Position numbers and translations under genes: made by a program. The notes beneath the pieces were generated by a model. The model made no database searches, was not told the origin of the DNA, and saw only the letters and a list, made by a program, of their open reading frames with translations. This document shows, piece after piece, positions 60,972-64,000 of a stretch of 64,000 nucleotides of DNA; within the stretch, counting starts at the first letter, position 1; every line of letters starts with the position of its first letter. Where the stretch lies: sequence record SRR31156797_916. One strand, written 5' to 3'.

Positions 60972-62219
60972 TTACATAAATTTTTGTGCGTCCACCATCT
61001 CTTTGGAATACTCTCCCGCATCCAACCTGTGCCTGACTTCAGAGAATGCCTTAATACTGTATTCAACATCCTCGAGCGAGTGTCCTGCCGTTGGGATAAG
61101 TCTGAGCAGTATCACACCTTTAGGTACCACAGGATAGGTAACAATCGAACAGAAAATGCTATAGTTTTCTCTGAGGTCATGGGTTATCTGGGTTGCTTCG
61201 GGAATACCGCCCTCAAGGATTACCGGTGTAACCGGTGATTCGGTTTTGCCAAGGTTGAATCCATTTTTTCGAAGTCCGCCCTGGAGTGCATTAACAATTT
61301 TCCAAAGGTTGTCCTTCAGTTCAGGTTTGGTTTTGATCAGTTCAAGACGTTTAAGTGCGCCAATTACCATCGGCATGGGCAATGACTTGGCAAATACCTG
61401 CGATCGCAGGTTGTATCTTAAGAATTCAATCACCTCCTTCTTACTGGCAACAAAACCTCCGATACCGGCCATTGATTTGGCGAATGTTCCAAAATATACA
61501 TCAACTTCATCCATCACACCCATGTGTTCACTGGTTCCGGCACCGGTTTTACCCATAGTTCCAAAGCCATGTGCATCATCTACCAATAGTCTGAATTTAT
61601 ATTTGTCCTTTAATTTTACGATATCCACAAGGTTACCCAGATCACCTGACATACCATATACACCTTCTGTAATAACCAGGATGCCTCCGCCGGTTTGTTT
61701 GGTGATTTTTGTGGCCCGCTCCAGCTCCTTCTCGAGGTTTCCCATATCATTGTGAGGATACACGAAACGTTTACCAAAGTGAAGCCTGCAACCATCAATA
61801 ATACAGGCATGGGCTTCAGAGTCATACACAATTACATCGCGACGACTTACCAGGCTTTCGATGATGGAAACCATTCCCTGGTAACCATAGTTGAGCAGGT
61901 ATGCATCTTCTTTCTTTTCGAAATCTGCCAGTTCACGTTCCAGTTGCTCATGATAACTGGTATGTCCCGACATCATCCTGGCGCCCATCGGGTAGGCAAG
62001 ACCCCACTCTTTGGCGGCATCTGCATCAGCTTTCCTTACTTCCGGATGGTTGCCAAGGCCAAGGTAATTGTTTACCGACCAAACCAACATTTCCTTGCCC
62101 ATGAATTTCATACGTGGCCCTAACTCTCCTTCCAGTTTTGGAAACATAAAGTATCCAAATGCTTCGCGATTGTACTTGCCCAGCGGGCCCATATTTTTAA
62201 ACTTCTCGAAAATATCCAT
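60972..62219 (-). CDS. spt: PLP-dependent alpha-oxoamine synthase, serine palmitoyltransferase-like
   Basis: NNYLGL, HACIIDG, EGVYGMSGD, DDAHG, GTFAKS (PLP Lys). Family is certain; substrate is inferred. Confidence 0.7.
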   Translation of the reverse strand: MDIFEKFKNMGPLGKYNREAFGYFMFPKLEGELGPRMKFMGKEMLVWSVNNYLGLGNHPEVRKADADAAKEWGLAYPMGARMMSGHTSYHEQLERELADFEKKEDAYLLNYGYQGMVSIIESLVSRRDVIVYDSEAHACIIDGCRLHFGKRFVYPHNDMGNLEKELERATKITKQTGGGILVITEGVYGMSGDLGNLVDIVKLKDKYKFRLLVDDAHGFGTMGKTGAGTSEHMGVMDEVDVYFGTFAKSMAGIGGFVASKKEVIEFLRYNLRSQVFAKSLPMPMVIGALKRLELIKTKPELKDNLWKIVNALQGGLRKNGFNLGKTESPVTPVILEGGIPEATQITHDLRENYSIFCSIVTYPVVPKGVILLRLIPTAGHSLEDVEYSIKAFSEVRHRLDAGEYSKEMVDAQKFM

Positions 62220-62401
62220 CGTGTCTTAAGATTTGATTTAAATTTTTGAAGCTGCAAAATTATAACAATTCGGTTGATTATCAATACTAATCATTTTGTT
62301 TTGAATCAAAAAGAAATGAACAGGTTATAATCTGTTGATATGAAAATTTTTGACAGAATATGACGTTATCCAATCCGTGAAAATATATTACTTTTGCGCC
62401 C

Positions 62402-63214
62402 ATGTTTAAAAAATCCGGATTTATTTTATTGATTTCCATTGTTATAGTCATTTCATCGTGCAGCAAGCACCAGAAGTTGCTCAAAAGCACCGATAATGAA
62501 ATGAAGTATGAGAAGGCCGTTGAGTATTACGAATCCGGAGATTATTACCGTGCATTGCAGGTTTTTGAGCAATTGATCCCGGTCTACCGTGGGACCAACA
62601 AGGCTGAAAAACTTTATTATTATTATGCTTACGCTTATTATTATGAGCGTGAGTATATTATGGCCAGTTATTATTTCAAACGTTTCTCGGTTAATTTTCC
62701 ATCATCTGAATTTGCTGAAGAAGCAGCTTTTATGACAGCCTACTGCAAATATTTGGACAGCCCTCGTTATAGCCTCGATCAAACTGTTACCCGAGAAGCT
62801 ATAGATGAGTTTCAGTTGTTTATTAACCGATTCCCATTTGGAGAAAAGTCGGAAGAGGCCAATGATTTGATTACCGAATTGCGCGATAAACTGGAAAAAA
62901 AATCCTATAACATCGCCACCCTCTATTTTAAAATGGAGGATTACAGGGCTGCAATTATTTCGTACCAGAATCTGTTGAAGGAATACCCTGATACTGAATT
63001 CAAAGAGGAAATATTGTATGATATTGTTACAGCATATTACAATTATGCCATGAAGAGTATCAGGGAAAAACAAAAGGAACGATTTGATAACGCCGTAAAA
63101 GCATATTATGATTTTGTTGCGCTGTATCCCGAAAGCGAATATGTTACAAATGTTGAGAAAATGAAGGAGAAAATCGAGATTGAACTGCGCACATCAGGAT
63201 TTGAAGAATTATAA
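62402..63214 (+). CDS. bamD: Outer membrane protein assembly factor BamD
   Basis: Lipobox SSC; TPRs; SPRYSLDQT...FQLFINRFP; bamD-rpoZ-coaBC context. Confidence 0.92.
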   Translation: MFKKSGFILLISIVIVISSCSKHQKLLKSTDNEMKYEKAVEYYESGDYYRALQVFEQLIPVYRGTNKAEKLYYYYAYAYYYEREYIMASYYFKRFSVNFPSSEFAEEAAFMTAYCKYLDSPRYSLDQTVTREAIDEFQLFINRFPFGEKSEEANDLITELRDKLEKKSYNIATLYFKMEDYRAAIISYQNLLKEYPDTEFKEEILYDIVTAYYNYAMKSIREKQKERFDNAVKAYYDFVALYPESEYVTNVEKMKEKIEIELRTSGFEEL

Positions 63215-63226
63215 ACAATTAATCAT

Positions 63227-63580
63227 ATGGATTACAAGAAAATTAAAACCGACAGTACAGCAGTAACACGTAAGATGCGTGATTTCAACAACGTAACCGG
63301 AAACGTTTACGAAACCATTGCATTACTGTCGAAACGTGCAAACCAGATTTCATTGGAGCTGAAAGAAGAGTTGAATAAGAAGATTTCAGAGTTTGCCTCA
63401 TCAAGTGATAACCTGGAAGAAGTATTCGAAAACCGTGAGCAGATTGAAATTGCAAGGTTTTATGAACGTCTTCCGAAGCCAACTTTGATGGCAGTCCAGG
63501 AGTTTCTCGACGAACAGATTTATTACAGGAATCCGTCGAAAGAGGCTCAGGCCAAAACCACTACCGACATCATAGAATAA
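63227..63580 (+). CDS. rpoZ: RNA polymerase omega subunit (Bacteroidota type)
   Basis: TGNVYE...KRANQI...LEEVFENREQIEIARFYERLPKPT. Confidence 0.9.
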   Translation: MDYKKIKTDSTAVTRKMRDFNNVTGNVYETIALLSKRANQISLELKEELNKKISEFASSSDNLEEVFENREQIEIARFYERLPKPTLMAVQEFLDEQIYYRNPSKEAQAKTTTDIIE

Positions 63581-63586
63581 TTAGTT

Positions 63587-64000
63587 GTGCTGAAAGGCAA
63601 AAAAATCATTATTGGGATTACAGGAAGTATTGCTGCTTTCAAGATCCCTTTTCTTATCCGGTTACTGGTTAAGGAAGGTGCCGAAGTTCAGGTTATTCTA
63701 ACTGAAAATGCCAGGGATTTTGTAACACCGCTTACCATTTCCACACTTTCAAAACGACCGGCCTTAACTTTCCCATTCGACGAAAAGGATGGTACCTGGA
63801 ATAGCCATGTGGATATGGGCCTGTGGGCCGATGCCATGCTGGTTGCTCCTGCATCTGCAGCCACCCTGAGCAAAATGGTTTCCGGGATGGCTGATAATTT
63901 ACTGGTAACCACTTACCTTTCTGCAAAGTGTCCCGTATTTTTCGCGCCAGCCATGGACCTGGATATGTTCAGGCATCCCTCTACAGCCGAAAATGTTAAC
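63587..64000 (+). CDS. coaBC: Phosphopantothenoylcysteine decarboxylase/ligase CoaBC (5' part, runs off the window)
   Basis: GTG start; KKIIIGITGSIAAFK, FVTPLT, WNSHV, APASA, APAMDLDM. Confidence 0.95.
   Translation, partial: MLKGKKIIIGITGSIAAFKIPFLIRLLVKEGAEVQVILTENARDFVTPLTISTLSKRPALTFPFDEKDGTWNSHVDMGLWADAMLVAPASAATLSKMVSGMADNLLVTTYLSAKCPVFFAPAMDLDMFRHPSTAENVN

Overview
Chromosomal window from a Bacteroidota bacterium, probably an anaerobic Bacteroidales member. Evidence: TAnnTTTG -7 promoter elements, several proteins with T9SS C-terminal sorting domains, the bamD-rpoZ-coaBC gene order and a serine palmitoyltransferase-like gene. Layout: (i) 1-11.4 kb is an AT-rich, single-strand accessory block of secreted hydrolases, peptidases and lipoproteins, headed by a TetR gene with a perfect palindromic operator and showing in-frame nonsense codons; (ii) 11.7-26.5 kb holds nadC, yihY, two tandem T9SS beta-propeller paralogs and a surface-glycan locus (Wzx, two GT4, YfhO, PIG-L deacetylase, two sulfotransferases); (iii) housekeeping genes (rpmH, tpiA, rho, rmuC, alr, dapA, spt, bamD, rpoZ, coaBC) are mixed with T9SS cargo enzymes and an ECF sigma/anti-sigma/DUF2807 operon. 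The most striking feature is a ~580-nt non-coding unit on the minus strand at ~47070-47652. It has its own promoter, a boxA-like motif, about a dozen nested hairpins capped by GNRA/UUCG tetraloops, a repeated 10-mer and an intrinsic terminator, and it lacks the hallmarks of RNase P, tmRNA, rRNA or group II introns. It is a candidate large, ornate, stand-alone ncRNA. No CRISPR array, tRNA, rRNA, integrase or transposase was seen. All family assignments come from motif recognition by eye, not database searches.
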